DNA of 64,000 bases from an uncultured bacterium (GTDB taxonomy: Bacteria > Zixibacteria > MSB-5A5 > CAIYYT01). The position numbers and the translations under genes are program-made. A model generated the notes under the pieces. The model was not told where the DNA came from, made no database searches, and saw nothing but the letters and a program-made list of their open reading frames with translations. This document shows, one piece after another, positions 30,494 through 41,041 of this stretch. Within the stretch, counting starts at the first letter, position 1, and the number at the start of each line of letters is the position of its first letter. Location: positions 1 through 64,000 of the forward strand of contig CAVSCK010000005.1 in NCBI GenBank assembly GCA_963726455.1, given 5' to 3'.

Positions 30494-33400
30494 TCCTTGG
30501 GCAGGGCAATATGGCCCGCCGATTGTGTTTCGCCTATCCAGCCAACTTCTTCGTCAGCACGGTCGGTGACTGCCGCTGCCCCGTCCCTTGGCGGCGACTG
30601 CTTCATGCCATGAGCCAATTTAGAGGATTTTGGAACAGGATAACCCTCTTCGGAGACTTTGAAAGCCTCATTGTGGTAGCTCTCAGGAAGTCTCTGGTCA
30701 AACTGGACACTCTTGCTGACGATAGGACCTCTGCCATATCTGTCGCCTGGATATGCTTCCGGTTTGATCTTGACTACACTTCCGTCCTCGTGAACCCAGA
30801 TGTCCTGTCGATATTCCGCGTTCGGCTTGGGAGGCTTCTCGCGGAAGCCCTCGGATTGAAGCTCACGTTCTATCTCGGATGCAGATTTGCCATGAAGTTT
30901 AAGTGTTTTTGCCTTCTGACCGTACGGTTTCCTGTCACGGGTTCCGGTAGCGAAATTATCAAGGGAGCTCTTCAGGTCACCGGCCCGGGCAGCTGACTTC
31001 AAATCCCACACACTCCCCGCATCGTTATAAGGCTTTGATAACGCAGCCCTTGCCTTTTGCCGACCGGCAAGTTCTGCGACAGATACTCTTTCGGCCCCCT
31101 CGGCACCAGCCGCAACAGACTTGGTCAGTTTGGGCGCGGCTGCCCTCGATCCGCCTTTGATGGCTCCGGCAATTCGACCGATAGCTGCCGCACCGATGCT
31201 GAAGACCAGTCCTGCTGCTGTCCATTCAAGTAGCGACTGCCCGCTAAAAGGTTCGCCCCCAAGACCCGCATAGGTGCAATAGGCAACGGCTGCCCCGACG
31301 CCTCCTCCTGCAATCGTGGCAAGCGTAGCTCCGACTCCTGCGACCGCCACCAACGTCTCAGCGGTGAAGATAGCTGCCAACCCTCCCACAACTCCCAATC
31401 CCGCGCCGATCACCAACGCTTTATACATGCGCGACATATCGTAGTCACCCTTTTTGATGTCATCCCTGCTTTGGTAAAACTCAACGGCACCGGCAACTGC
31501 TGCTCCTCCTAGGAAGAGCGCACCTACCAGAAGCAGCGGCGCAAACGCTCCGGTCGGGTCGACTCGGTTAAGCGGGTCGCCATCGCAGTAAGTATAGAAA
31601 TTGAGACTTCCTCCGGCGACAAGCAACGGGTCGAGCGACAGGAAGCGTCCCAGGGCAGGATTGTAGTATCGCGCCAAATTGTAATGTAAACCTGTTTCCT
31701 GGTCATAGTATTGCCCCGGTAGACGCCACGGCTGGTCGACTTCATTGATGGTGATTGTTGCCGCACCATAGGCATCATACTCTGCCCGCCAGACCATTTT
31801 TCCATTAGAATCAGTCGCGCAGAGTGGTTCAAAGCGACGCCCCGGATGAAGGGCGAAACTGTGGCCGTCAACTCGGATCGCTAAGGGAACCGGTGTCTCT
31901 GGGAGGAATAAGTAATCCCGGCGCTGGAGTTTCTGCACTCCGGAGGTCACTTCATTTAGCAGCTGCTGGCCAGCCCAGACGTAGGTGGTGGTTTGCTTGC
32001 CGGACCATTTACGTATGCGCCGTCCGAGCGCGTCGTAGGCGTATCGCACCGAGCCCTTCGATGTTACCACTTCGATCAATTGGTTACGGCAATTGTAGCG
32101 AAAGCGGGCTGGACCGGAAGGGCAAAAACCCTCGATCTGATTCCCGCGATTGTCATAGCGATATTGCTCCCGGCCGCGCCGCAACAATTGGTTGAACCCG
32201 TTATAGTCGCATTCTTGGTCGCGATCCATGACTCGGTTACCGTTTGGATCGAGCTGATAGTACTCGAAATGTCTTCTTCCCGAGACGGATACATCCAGCA
32301 ATCTTCCTTCGCGATCGTAGAAATATTCCAGCGTGCGATCTCTACTCGAGTCCTGAGTCAACCGATCGCATTCATCATACTTCCAAATGTGAGACACGAA
32401 TGGCGCTTGATCAGCGTCCGCCGACAAGACATCAACCGCTTCAATCAATCCAAGTCGCTTGCTAGCCAGCTCCGTGCTGGTGCCGTTCGGATAGCGAATT
32501 CTGGAAGGAGCTCCATTACCTTGATAGTCGATCTCGTACGTATCTCCATCCCAATCAACGATTCTTCGCACGCGGTGGTCACGATCTCTCTTGAAATTCA
32601 AAGTCGATCCGTCAGGAGCAACCAATGCCAACAGCGCACCTACTGGATTTCGATCGTAGGTGACGACCTGACCGGCGAACTCTTCTCTCACAAGGTGGCC
32701 GGCCTGGTTATACTGAAGACTTACCGTTCCCCACTCGTTTGAGGCCAGTTGCAGCTTCTTCCCGGCAAAGACGAGCCGCGTGAAGGTACCGTCTTCATTT
32801 TCGAAAGTGATAGTATCTCCATCATCGCTGATTTCAAGCCGTCCAACTTCTTCGCCATTCACCAGGAACTTCTGCAAGTGCCCCCGATCGTCGAATTCAA
32901 AGGACCAGATATCCCCGTTCGGCAACACGATGCGGGACGGAGTTTGCCACCGATCATACTCAAACAAAGTGCGGTTGTTGAGCGAGTCGGATATTTCCGC
33001 CAATAGGTTATCGGAGTCGTACCGCAATCTTGTGTTCGCGCCATTGCGATCCGTAATCCGAGAAAGCCGTCCATCTTGGTGCTCGAAACGCGTAGTTGCC
33101 CCATTCGGGTAGCGCAGAGTCACAAGATTGGAATCTTCGTTGTACTCGAACTCGTAAGGCGGCTGCAGTCCGTATCGAGTGCGAATCAATCTGTCGCGGT
33201 CGTCATGCTCAAACTGGACCTTGTTGCCGCCGGGATCGGTCAAGGTCGTGGGCCGCCCACGGGCATCGACGTTGCTCTGCCAAGTCAGTCCCTCTGCGGT
33301 CGTGAGCATAGCGCCTCCCGCGAGCGCGGAAACACGCATTGGGCTTCCAGCGGCATCCTCCAACCGCACGTCGCCGCTTGCAGAGTCGATGCTGCTCTGA

Positions 33401-34110
33401 CAGCCATGTTTATGGAATTCCTGTAACTCTGCCAGTTGTTGACGTTTCGCCGGCTCTCGTGAAAGGGATTCTACCTGTGATCGGCGAATGATCAGGCGAC
33501 CGAGTGAGTCGGTCGTTCGCGCGGTTGTCGGTACCAGCCCGGTGGAGTGCTGTCCCAAATCGTAATCAAGAATTGCCCCTTCTTCAGATTCAACCAGGAA
33601 TGAGCCTACAGGTCCAAAGATGCGCGAGAGTTCACCCAAATTGCAGGTGGGCAGGTAGACTCGCAGCACACGCGGGTCATAGAAGCGAAACAGCAGCATC
33701 TCGCCCGCTTCCGTAACCACGGTTAGCAGGCGTCGGCAATGTATTAGCAGCGTGTCCAGGGGGAAGGCGCTGGTCAGAAAGATCGCGTAATTCTGACCCC
33801 AGGCCTCAGAAGTGAGCCAGCGGGTGATCTCGCTATCGGTAGCACAGTCGATAAGGATGGGAGATACGCTAAAGTGCTTCTCAGCATCTTTCCCCTGGTA
33901 TAGTGACTGGTAGGTGTCTCTCGAGGCTGCGAGCTTCTCCAGAACAATCTCGCCGCGCGAGGCGTCAACTACTGCAAACAGGCCCGTAGATGTCTCCGAG
34001 GCCTTGCCGGAGAGCAAGTCGGATATCGATTGGTCGGGTGCGTCATTTGCGACTGACGGAGCACTATACTTCGCCAGCCGTGGACTCCAGCCTGATACAA
34101 TGCGCACCAA
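30490..34110 (-). CDS. DUF4123-Rhs fusion polymorphic toxin
   Basis: N-terminal LFAVVDAS...YQSLY...SPILI...LFRFYDPRVLRVYLP (DUF4123), YD repeats, core RLPGQYYDQETGLHYNLARYYNP...DPLNRVDPTG, then hydrophobic helices and an unrecognised C-terminal domain. Confidence 0.88.
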   Translation of the reverse strand: MVRIVSGWSPRLAKYSAPSVANDAPDQSISDLLSGKASETSTGLFAVVDASRGEIVLEKLAASRDTYQSLYQGKDAEKHFSVSPILIDCATDSEITRWLTSEAWGQNYAIFLTSAFPLDTLLIHCRRLLTVVTEAGEMLLFRFYDPRVLRVYLPTCNLGELSRIFGPVGSFLVESEEGAILDYDLGQHSTGLVPTTARTTDSLGRLIIRRSQVESLSREPAKRQQLAELQEFHKHGCQSSIDSASGDVRLEDAAGSPMRVSALAGGAMLTTAEGLTWQSNVDARGRPTTLTDPGGNKVQFEHDDRDRLIRTRYGLQPPYEFEYNEDSNLVTLRYPNGATTRFEHQDGRLSRITDRNGANTRLRYDSDNLLAEISDSLNNRTLFEYDRWQTPSRIVLPNGDIWSFEFDDRGHLQKFLVNGEEVGRLEISDDGDTITFENEDGTFTRLVFAGKKLQLASNEWGTVSLQYNQAGHLVREEFAGQVVTYDRNPVGALLALVAPDGSTLNFKRDRDHRVRRIVDWDGDTYEIDYQGNGAPSRIRYPNGTSTELASKRLGLIEAVDVLSADADQAPFVSHIWKYDECDRLTQDSSRDRTLEYFYDREGRLLDVSVSGRRHFEYYQLDPNGNRVMDRDQECDYNGFNQLLRRGREQYRYDNRGNQIEGFCPSGPARFRYNCRNQLIEVVTSKGSVRYAYDALGRRIRKWSGKQTTTYVWAGQQLLNEVTSGVQKLQRRDYLFLPETPVPLAIRVDGHSFALHPGRRFEPLCATDSNGKMVWRAEYDAYGAATITINEVDQPWRLPGQYYDQETGLHYNLARYYNPALGRFLSLDPLLVAGGSLNFYTYCDGDPLNRVDPTGAFAPLLLVGALFLGGAAVAGAVEFYQSRDDIKKGDYDMSRMYKALVIGAGLGVVGGLAAIFTAETLVAVAGVGATLATIAGGGVGAAVAYCTYAGLGGEPFSGQSLLEWTAAGLVFSIGAAAIGRIAGAIKGGSRAAAPKLTKSVAAGAEGAERVSVAELAGRQKARAALSKPYNDAGSVWDLKSAARAGDLKSSLDNFATGTRDRKPYGQKAKTLKLHGKSASEIERELQSEGFREKPPKPNAEYRQDIWVHEDGSVVKIKPEAYPGDRYGRGPIVSKSVQFDQRLPESYHNEAFKVSEEGYPVPKSSKLAHGMKQSPPRDGAAAVTDRADEEVGWIGETQSAGHIALPKE

Positions 34111-34173
34111 TTGCTCCTCGTTACCTTGGCGTAATTCGCTGACCTTCTGCCCAGACCGGGCAGTGGTCTATTG

Positions 34174-34545
34174 TCACGGTTCGCAAAACGGCTTGCCGAA
34201 TTTGCTGGCGTTTTGCAGAGCGGATCCTTGGGAGGAACCTCCCGCGGAATCACCGATCAGAACGGTCGGCAGTCCCGCCACAACCGCGCCGCCGTGCACA
34301 GTCTGGTCCCCCATACGGGCCGCCGGACTGCCTCCGATCAAGACCGTCAGTGATCCAGTGGCAATGCTGTCCGGTGGTCCTGCGCATGTGGCCATGTCGC
34401 CCAATCGCGCAGCCGGCTGCCCCCCGATCAGCACAGTCGGATATCCCGCCGACACCGGACCACCCACATGTGGTGGAGGTGGAGTGCCTGGGTTTAACAT
34501 CGGGCAGGAATGCATGTCGCCTAAACGTGCTGCCGGCTTTCCCAT
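34174..34545 (-). CDS. PAAR-domain spike-tip protein
   Basis: Three motifs PAARLGD / PAARLGD / PAARMGD with the H, C and H Zn ligands. Confidence 0.95.
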   Translation of the reverse strand: MGKPAARLGDMHSCPMLNPGTPPPPHVGGPVSAGYPTVLIGGQPAARLGDMATCAGPPDSIATGSLTVLIGGSPAARMGDQTVHGGAVVAGLPTVLIGDSAGGSSQGSALQNASKFGKPFCEP

Positions 34546-34715
34546 GTGCTACCTACAGTCATGATTCTTACAGGGCCGTTATCTCCGCCTCGGTTGACCA
34601 GCTCCCCTCTTTCCGCTGCCGCCCTTCCTTCTCATCTATCTTGTCGCTGAACTCGCTCAATGGTTCTCCGTGAAGTTACGTGCCTTCCGTTTTTCCGAGG
34701 AACTTCCACTCGATT

Positions 34716-35117
34716 TCAGACATTGCTCCGGCTCGCTGACAGCCATTGCCGTTCCAGGCGGAGGAATTGGGCCCACAAAGCGTTAACGGCCGCCTCTTCG
34801 AGTAGCTGCGGCAACGGCAGCAGCAAGGTCAAGATATCCACGAAGGTCTTCCGCTGCAAACCGTACATAGCTTTGGAATATCCGCCAAGTTGTCCGCGAA
34901 TCTTGCGCGCTTGCTTCAGGGAGGTATCCCCGCTGCCGTGGCCGCGCAGATATTCCTGGTAGCGGTGGCAAGCCGGAATGTATTTATCATGCGAGTACTT
35001 GATAAATTGGGCATCGTCGGCCAGTGTCACAAACACGTCCATGATGCGCTCGAAAGCGTCCTGATCGGACATTGCCTGCCGAAACAGCAAATTCAGATCG
35101 ATTATCGTCAATCCCAT
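34716..35117 (-). CDS. Hypothetical helical protein (may extend via a frameshift toward ~34570)
   Basis: AGGAG RBS, starts MGLTIIDLNLLF 14 bp after the stop of the large gene. Confidence 0.6.
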   Translation of the reverse strand: MGLTIIDLNLLFRQAMSDQDAFERIMDVFVTLADDAQFIKYSHDKYIPACHRYQEYLRGHGSGDTSLKQARKIRGQLGGYSKAMYGLQRKTFVDILTLLLPLPQLLEEAAVNALWAQFLRLERQWLSASRSNV

Positions 35118-35131
35118 CCTACTCTCCTTCG

Positions 35132-38100
35132 TTATTTGAGAAAGACCATCTTCTTGGATTGCACGTAGTCGCCCGCCTGAAAGCGACAGAAGTAAACGCC
35201 ACTGGCCATGATGACACCTGCTGCGTCTTTCCCATCCCACTCAATCGAATGAGATCCGGCCGCAACTCTTGGAATATTGTATTCTCGGACGACCTGGCCC
35301 AAAGCGTTCAAGATAGTCAGTCGCACGGAGGCTGGACTGGTTAAGTCGAAGGGAATCCTGAGAGATGAGTTGAAAGGATTGGGATAGGCGTCGTGAAGCT
35401 GCGTCCAACCCGGCACGCCGGACTGATATGTACCTCCACTTTCGCCTGGTCGCAGCAAGCGACAGTCGAAAACCCGTTCCTCCGCATCAGGCTCAAAGCT
35501 ATACTGAAGACTGTCGGCGAAGACCGCAGTACGGAACGTAGCTAAATCCGTCAGTTCAAACTGCAGGTTGCAGTTGTCGGGCATGGCCGCCCGCAGATAC
35601 AAGGTCACCGGCTTTGACAGATCGGTCTGTACGCGAAAGCGCCAGCGCAGGCTGCTGTCTGCCTCGGATCTAAAATCGGTTGCATAGTTGTTGCCGAAAA
35701 CGACCCTAACGTATGGAGAAAATGCGGGAGCAGCCGGCAGATCGAACCTGTCTAGCCCGTCGGCAGCTCCGCGTTTGACACCCAATCGCGCGCAATCGTC
35801 ATGATAGCCGAAGCATTCAGCCCGAATTGCAAGATTGCATTCGGTTTCGTCAGAACCCGCATTCGCCCGTTTCAGGTCGCGGGCGGACATGTATTCCTTG
35901 GTCGTATACCAGAGTGCGCAATCACTACAGGTCGAGTCCACGTTGATGAAGTAACCGTCCCCAACTGCCATCGGGGCGGGCGCGTCGGTAATGAGACCGT
36001 CCCAACCTGTACCATCATAATGATACAAAGCCGCACGCACAGGAGACTCAGTGCTTCCCACCGGTACGAGTCCTCCGAATTGTCTGACTTGCGAATCATA
36101 GAACTCAATCTCGTAAGAAAACGGATTACCAATCTGATTCCAGCCGGGAAGCAGTTTGAGCGAACGATAGTCCTGATAGCCATCTGTTTTGTCGGCAATT
36201 GTCGCCGTGCCAGTGATGCTCAATACTTGGCCATTCTTGACAATCACCCAGAACGCACTTCCGGGCGACAGAGAGTCCAGAGCATCCACGTAGGTCTCAC
36301 TAACCGGATTCCAGCGCCACATTCGCCAATCATATTCGTTGCGGCCATTCAATTGGTTGCGGATTGTCCCCGCAAGGTGTGAATCCGGATCAAGCGGCAG
36401 CGTGACCATTCGGTACTTCTGTGACCCCAAGTTCGCGACCGGATAATCCGTGGCATGGACTGCAAAGACCGCTGTCGAGCATGCCACCAGACCGCCAGTG
36501 TCGGTGACGCAGAATACGATTCGGTCGGATCTCGGAGTGCCGTCATTGGGTTGGCTGACAGTGGCCTTTCCCCCTTCAATATCGACTTGGAAGTTGTTCG
36601 CGCCTTTCGCTGTCCAATGCAGACTGCTAAGATCGTTGTCAACGTCGCTTACAAGGCCGTCGAGTTCGATGCGAGCAAAGCTGTCTCCGAGCTCCACTAT
36701 CTGACCGGGAATCGATGCAATGAAAGCAGGCGGATCGTTCACCGGAGCAATCGATATATTGACCTTGCATTTCTGAGATGTCGTGTTGTTGCCGTCGTCA
36801 AGGGCCCTGAAACCAAAGGAATCCAAACCGTAATAGTCTTGATCCGGGCGGTAAGTAAACCTCGGTGTGTCATACTCGGAGCTGTCAAGTCTCCCATGCG
36901 TCGGCGGCTCGGTGATGACATACTTGATAGGGTCGCAATCCGGACTATACGCAAGCATGTTCGCCACGAGATTGTTGTCCTCCGAGAGCGTGTAGCTGGT
37001 GTCGGACGCCCTGGGAGCATCAGGTGTGTTGGTTATTTCATAGGTTATTGTATCAGAGGAAGACAAATGTCCTGTATCCTCCGCAGTGAATATCACTTTG
37101 ATTGACCCAAAGACATCAAGATCCGTAGCTTCAACATACGCGATCCGATCACTGATTGCCACCTGCAACGCTCCCCGGCAGGGAGGATTCGGAAAGGTGT
37201 CAATAATGCTGTAGGTCCAGTTCAGCAGGCTGTCGGGACCGTCCACATCCGTCGCATACTCGTCTAGCCTTGTCGGTCCGAAGCCCGAGCCTTCGGTAAC
37301 CTTCTGGCTGGGAATACCCGTGACAACCGGCGCATCATTGACAGGCAGTATCGTGAAGAATACGCGAGCAATATTGGACAAGTGTAGCCGGTCACTTGTT
37401 TCAAACGTCAGCAGGTCTGATCCGTTGTAGTCCTGGTAGGGGTGGTAGACTAAGGTCCCACGGAGAGAATCGAAGTCGACAATTTTACCGTGCGCGGGCG
37501 CACTAACGAGGGCATAGACGAGCGAATCATTTTCAGGATCGTCGGCGATCAGACTCACTGGTGTGTCCACGTCCTCATTCAGCGTCAAAGTGTCGTTTTG
37601 GGCCTCCGGGGGCATGTTCGGGGAGATCACGAGCTTCACGATTGCTTTCTGCGGTGAGTTACTTGCCGCGGCCGCCGTCACATTGACAGTGTCAATGTAA
37701 GTTCCAGAAACCAGAGTACCAACGGTTATCGAAAGGACAATCGAGTCGTCTGGCACTCCCGAACTATCAGACAGTGTCAACCATGAGGAGTGACGTGCTG
37801 CGTTCCAGGCAAAAGTTTGTCCGCCCATGTTCCGGATATGCATGGTCTGCGGGGAGGGATTCGATCCTCGTTCCCCGGCACTAAAGGAATAGGCGGTCGT
37901 GTCGAGCCTGATGGTTGGTGGCGGCACTCCGATCGAGAATACAGCTTCACCGCAACCGCTGAGATGACCGGGATCCTCGGCGCAGAACGCGATATTCTCA
38001 AAGCCCGTCCAGGTCGGCGATGGTTTTGTGATCGTGGCCACATGGGTAGTCGGATTGATGCTGACAATTAGTGCGGAGTCGCCTACATGAGTCCAGGTCA

Positions 38101-41041
38101 TTTGCGAGGGCGTGTTGTCCGGGTCACTTACGTAGGAGTCAAGCGATATAGAAGCAAATGTCGCGCCATAGGCAAGCACCTGGTTGAGAATGCCACTAAC
38201 CACGGGCGCGTCGTTCACGCAGTTTATGGTGAATGTGACATCGTCGTATCCGGTTCCTCCGCCTTTGTCCGTTGCCGTGAATCTGATCGTGGCCGATCCA
38301 CACCAGTCTTTGTTAGGAGTGGTAATGGTAGCCACTCTTCCCGGACTAATGGAGCAGATGAGCGGTGCTCCCCCACTGTGACTCCATGTGATCTGATCGA
38401 ACCGATCGTCGGGATCGGTGACAAAGCCGTCGAGATAGATCGGAGCGAATGTCTCGCCTTCCTGAATCGGCGCCGGATTGGTAATGTTGACCGTCGGAGG
38501 CACGTCGGTAACGGGGCAGTTGAAGATGGTGTCACGAATTCCGATGTCGCTATAAGAACCGCCTCCCACGAGAGGAAGAACATTAGGATCTCCAGCATCG
38601 ACGCAGGGAGAACACGGACCAAGGGAGGCGTTGGCACATGTCTGAACCACGAACAAGGGGTCCAGACTGATACTGTGCAAACCCTTCGAAATCTGGCCGC
38701 CGTAGTTGTATCCGCTCACATTTCCATAAACATCGTTGTAATCGTCGGCGCCGATTTCCGCAACATTCGACGTGTCGAACACCCCGTAGAGCGGCTTGGT
38801 ACCGGACAGGCGCGTGTTGTTGTATACAATCGTATTTCGCAGATTGAGGTGTACCTTGTTGACTCCGATGCCCGCACCGCCCTCGGTGCTCTTGTTGCCG
38901 CTAAACACGCAGTTGGCGATCGTAAGACTATCAGCCGGGGAGTATGCCGTCCCGATCACAAATACACCACCACCATTCGTGTCCGCGTTGTTCGCAAAGA
39001 ACATGGTTCGGCTGAGCTTACCTCCCGCTGCATTGACTCCAACCAACCCCCCTCCCGACCAGTGGGAGGTGTTGCTGCAAATCCGTGAATTTGTGATCTC
39101 GAAATATGACCGGTCACGGAAAGAAAGCCCACCACCCGAATCACCACTTTGATTTCCCGAAATTGTGCAACTGTCGATCTTAACCGAAGCGGCTCGGGCC
39201 AGAAGGCCACCACCCTGCTTATCGACTCCGGAGCCCACCAGACTTCCTCCGGTCAGTGTGAAACCGACGAGACTGACAATGCCAGACGAGACGGTGTCTA
39301 CCAGAACGCAGCGGCTCCCTGAAACTCCCTGAACGAATGTCGAATCCCGGCCCTTGGTTCCGCGAATCGTGAGATTCTTGTGTTTCACGGCTAGCGGGGG
39401 ATAAGTGCCCGAAGCAACCAGAATCACATGACCCGCCTTGGCAGAATCCACTGCGGGTTGAATAGTTTTGAATGGGTAGTCGCTGCTGCCATCCCCCGTT
39501 ACGTCGCTGCCTTTGGAGGCATTAACGTACCAGTTGGGACCGCCGTAAGGGATCCTCTCGGAGAGCTTCGCGACATATAGATGAGACTGGGTGTTATCGA
39601 CAACATCCGCAGGACCGGCGAAGATGATATTCCCCTGTGGGTCGATTTTGACTGCGTCCAGGTTGTCAACATTGGAACTCAGCTTTAGTTTCGTATAGGC
39701 CCAGGCTACACCGGCGGGGGAAGCCGTATTGAACTTCACGACAAAGGGTGCGGAAACGCCTTCGCCTGTCCCGGCATAGAGCCGAAATCCCGCCACAACC
39801 GCCGAGTCATTACCCTTGAGTTGCATATCCGTGGTGACTTCCTCGGCATCAGTAGCTCCGGGAAATGAGTAGGTGACTGGTGACCAAAGTTGGTTGCCAT
39901 TCAAGTCGAAGCCATAAAGAATGATCCCCACATAGAGATTCTGGGCACACATATAGACTCGCCCACTAGTACGATTAACGCGCACGACAACGCCGCCATC
40001 GAACCGCTCATCGGTCTTCGTCATGTTGGTCCAGGGACTGGGCCGGGTCCAGATGAGGCTGCCTGTTGAGCCGCTGAACTTCGAAAGCGCGACCCTGCCA
40101 TGTTCATTGGGGCCCCAACCAGTACCCCAGGTCGATGCATAGACGTTGCCCGAAGCATCGAAATCGATATTGCGGGTACGGTACCATTCGGAGATATACT
40201 GGTCGCCATTGACGTCTGTAATGCCGTAATAACTGCTCCAGATGAAGCCGTTCAACTGCGGGCTCAATTTGAGCAAGCAAGCCAAATACTCGGATGGCCT
40301 GGGACTGCCAGTGGCGACATTGATCGAATCGGCTCGCCCTGCGATGTACAGATAACCATGGTCAAATGCGACCGTGTAGGGCTTATAGCGGGAATAAGCC
40401 GCATCTGGTAATCCGGCATAGGCAGCTAGAGAGTCGCCGTTCCAGGAGTACTTGATTATCAGCAAGTTGCCGTCAGCATCTGAGGCAGGCGACGTGTTAT
40501 CCCCCCATCCGACGACGTAGACATTATCGTCCTGGTCGAGAGCAGCACCGAGGGCGCGCTGTCGATTAAACTGCTGGAAGATGTTCGGCTGGCTCCAGAT
40601 CTCTAAGCCGCTTTGGCTATTGCGCTTACTGACACAAATGCGGTTTCGGACGGAGCTGTTTTGAGCGAAGGTACCAATAACAACGACGTTTCCATCCGAC
40701 CCAACCAAAACGTCGCGACCATAGTCATTGGATCCTGATGAACTCTCAATGCTCTTTGACCATATTAGAGCGCCATTTGAGGCGTACTTGACCAGCAGAA
40801 TATCATCATTCGCGTTCAAATTGCGGCTCTGGCCAACAGCGTAAATATTGCCCGAGGCATCAACAGTCATCGCCCGATTACCGTCGGCGGTCAAGTCAAA
40901 CGTGCCGGAAGTTTCCTGCACCCAGAGGGTGTCAACCGCGGCTTGCGCGATATTAGAAGTCATCCCGAATACGAGAAGCAGGAGCGACGTCGCGGCCGCG
41001 GTTCCCGCAAACCTCCCGGCTGCGATAACTGACTTCCTCAT
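35132..41041 (-). CDS. Giant secreted/surface protein: beta-propeller, beta-helix, multiple cadherin/Ig-like repeats, FlgD-like C-terminal domain
   Basis: Signal peptide; SBBP-like repeats; GDGSSDYPFKTIQ plus GGG beta-helix; repeated NDAPV/DPD Ig units; C-terminal YPNPFN...WDGKD...ASGVYF. Confidence 0.88.
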   Translation of the reverse strand: MRKSVIAAGRFAGTAAATSLLLLVFGMTSNIAQAAVDTLWVQETSGTFDLTADGNRAMTVDASGNIYAVGQSRNLNANDDILLVKYASNGALIWSKSIESSSGSNDYGRDVLVGSDGNVVVIGTFAQNSSVRNRICVSKRNSQSGLEIWSQPNIFQQFNRQRALGAALDQDDNVYVVGWGDNTSPASDADGNLLIIKYSWNGDSLAAYAGLPDAAYSRYKPYTVAFDHGYLYIAGRADSINVATGSPRPSEYLACLLKLSPQLNGFIWSSYYGITDVNGDQYISEWYRTRNIDFDASGNVYASTWGTGWGPNEHGRVALSKFSGSTGSLIWTRPSPWTNMTKTDERFDGGVVVRVNRTSGRVYMCAQNLYVGIILYGFDLNGNQLWSPVTYSFPGATDAEEVTTDMQLKGNDSAVVAGFRLYAGTGEGVSAPFVVKFNTASPAGVAWAYTKLKLSSNVDNLDAVKIDPQGNIIFAGPADVVDNTQSHLYVAKLSERIPYGGPNWYVNASKGSDVTGDGSSDYPFKTIQPAVDSAKAGHVILVASGTYPPLAVKHKNLTIRGTKGRDSTFVQGVSGSRCVLVDTVSSGIVSLVGFTLTGGSLVGSGVDKQGGGLLARAASVKIDSCTISGNQSGDSGGGLSFRDRSYFEITNSRICSNTSHWSGGGLVGVNAAGGKLSRTMFFANNADTNGGGVFVIGTAYSPADSLTIANCVFSGNKSTEGGAGIGVNKVHLNLRNTIVYNNTRLSGTKPLYGVFDTSNVAEIGADDYNDVYGNVSGYNYGGQISKGLHSISLDPLFVVQTCANASLGPCSPCVDAGDPNVLPLVGGGSYSDIGIRDTIFNCPVTDVPPTVNITNPAPIQEGETFAPIYLDGFVTDPDDRFDQITWSHSGGAPLICSISPGRVATITTPNKDWCGSATIRFTATDKGGGTGYDDVTFTINCVNDAPVVSGILNQVLAYGATFASISLDSYVSDPDNTPSQMTWTHVGDSALIVSINPTTHVATITKPSPTWTGFENIAFCAEDPGHLSGCGEAVFSIGVPPPTIRLDTTAYSFSAGERGSNPSPQTMHIRNMGGQTFAWNAARHSSWLTLSDSSGVPDDSIVLSITVGTLVSGTYIDTVNVTAAAASNSPQKAIVKLVISPNMPPEAQNDTLTLNEDVDTPVSLIADDPENDSLVYALVSAPAHGKIVDFDSLRGTLVYHPYQDYNGSDLLTFETSDRLHLSNIARVFFTILPVNDAPVVTGIPSQKVTEGSGFGPTRLDEYATDVDGPDSLLNWTYSIIDTFPNPPCRGALQVAISDRIAYVEATDLDVFGSIKVIFTAEDTGHLSSSDTITYEITNTPDAPRASDTSYTLSEDNNLVANMLAYSPDCDPIKYVITEPPTHGRLDSSEYDTPRFTYRPDQDYYGLDSFGFRALDDGNNTTSQKCKVNISIAPVNDPPAFIASIPGQIVELGDSFARIELDGLVSDVDNDLSSLHWTAKGANNFQVDIEGGKATVSQPNDGTPRSDRIVFCVTDTGGLVACSTAVFAVHATDYPVANLGSQKYRMVTLPLDPDSHLAGTIRNQLNGRNEYDWRMWRWNPVSETYVDALDSLSPGSAFWVIVKNGQVLSITGTATIADKTDGYQDYRSLKLLPGWNQIGNPFSYEIEFYDSQVRQFGGLVPVGSTESPVRAALYHYDGTGWDGLITDAPAPMAVGDGYFINVDSTCSDCALWYTTKEYMSARDLKRANAGSDETECNLAIRAECFGYHDDCARLGVKRGAADGLDRFDLPAAPAFSPYVRVVFGNNYATDFRSEADSSLRWRFRVQTDLSKPVTLYLRAAMPDNCNLQFELTDLATFRTAVFADSLQYSFEPDAEERVFDCRLLRPGESGGTYQSGVPGWTQLHDAYPNPFNSSLRIPFDLTSPASVRLTILNALGQVVREYNIPRVAAGSHSIEWDGKDAAGVIMASGVYFCRFQAGDYVQSKKMVFLK

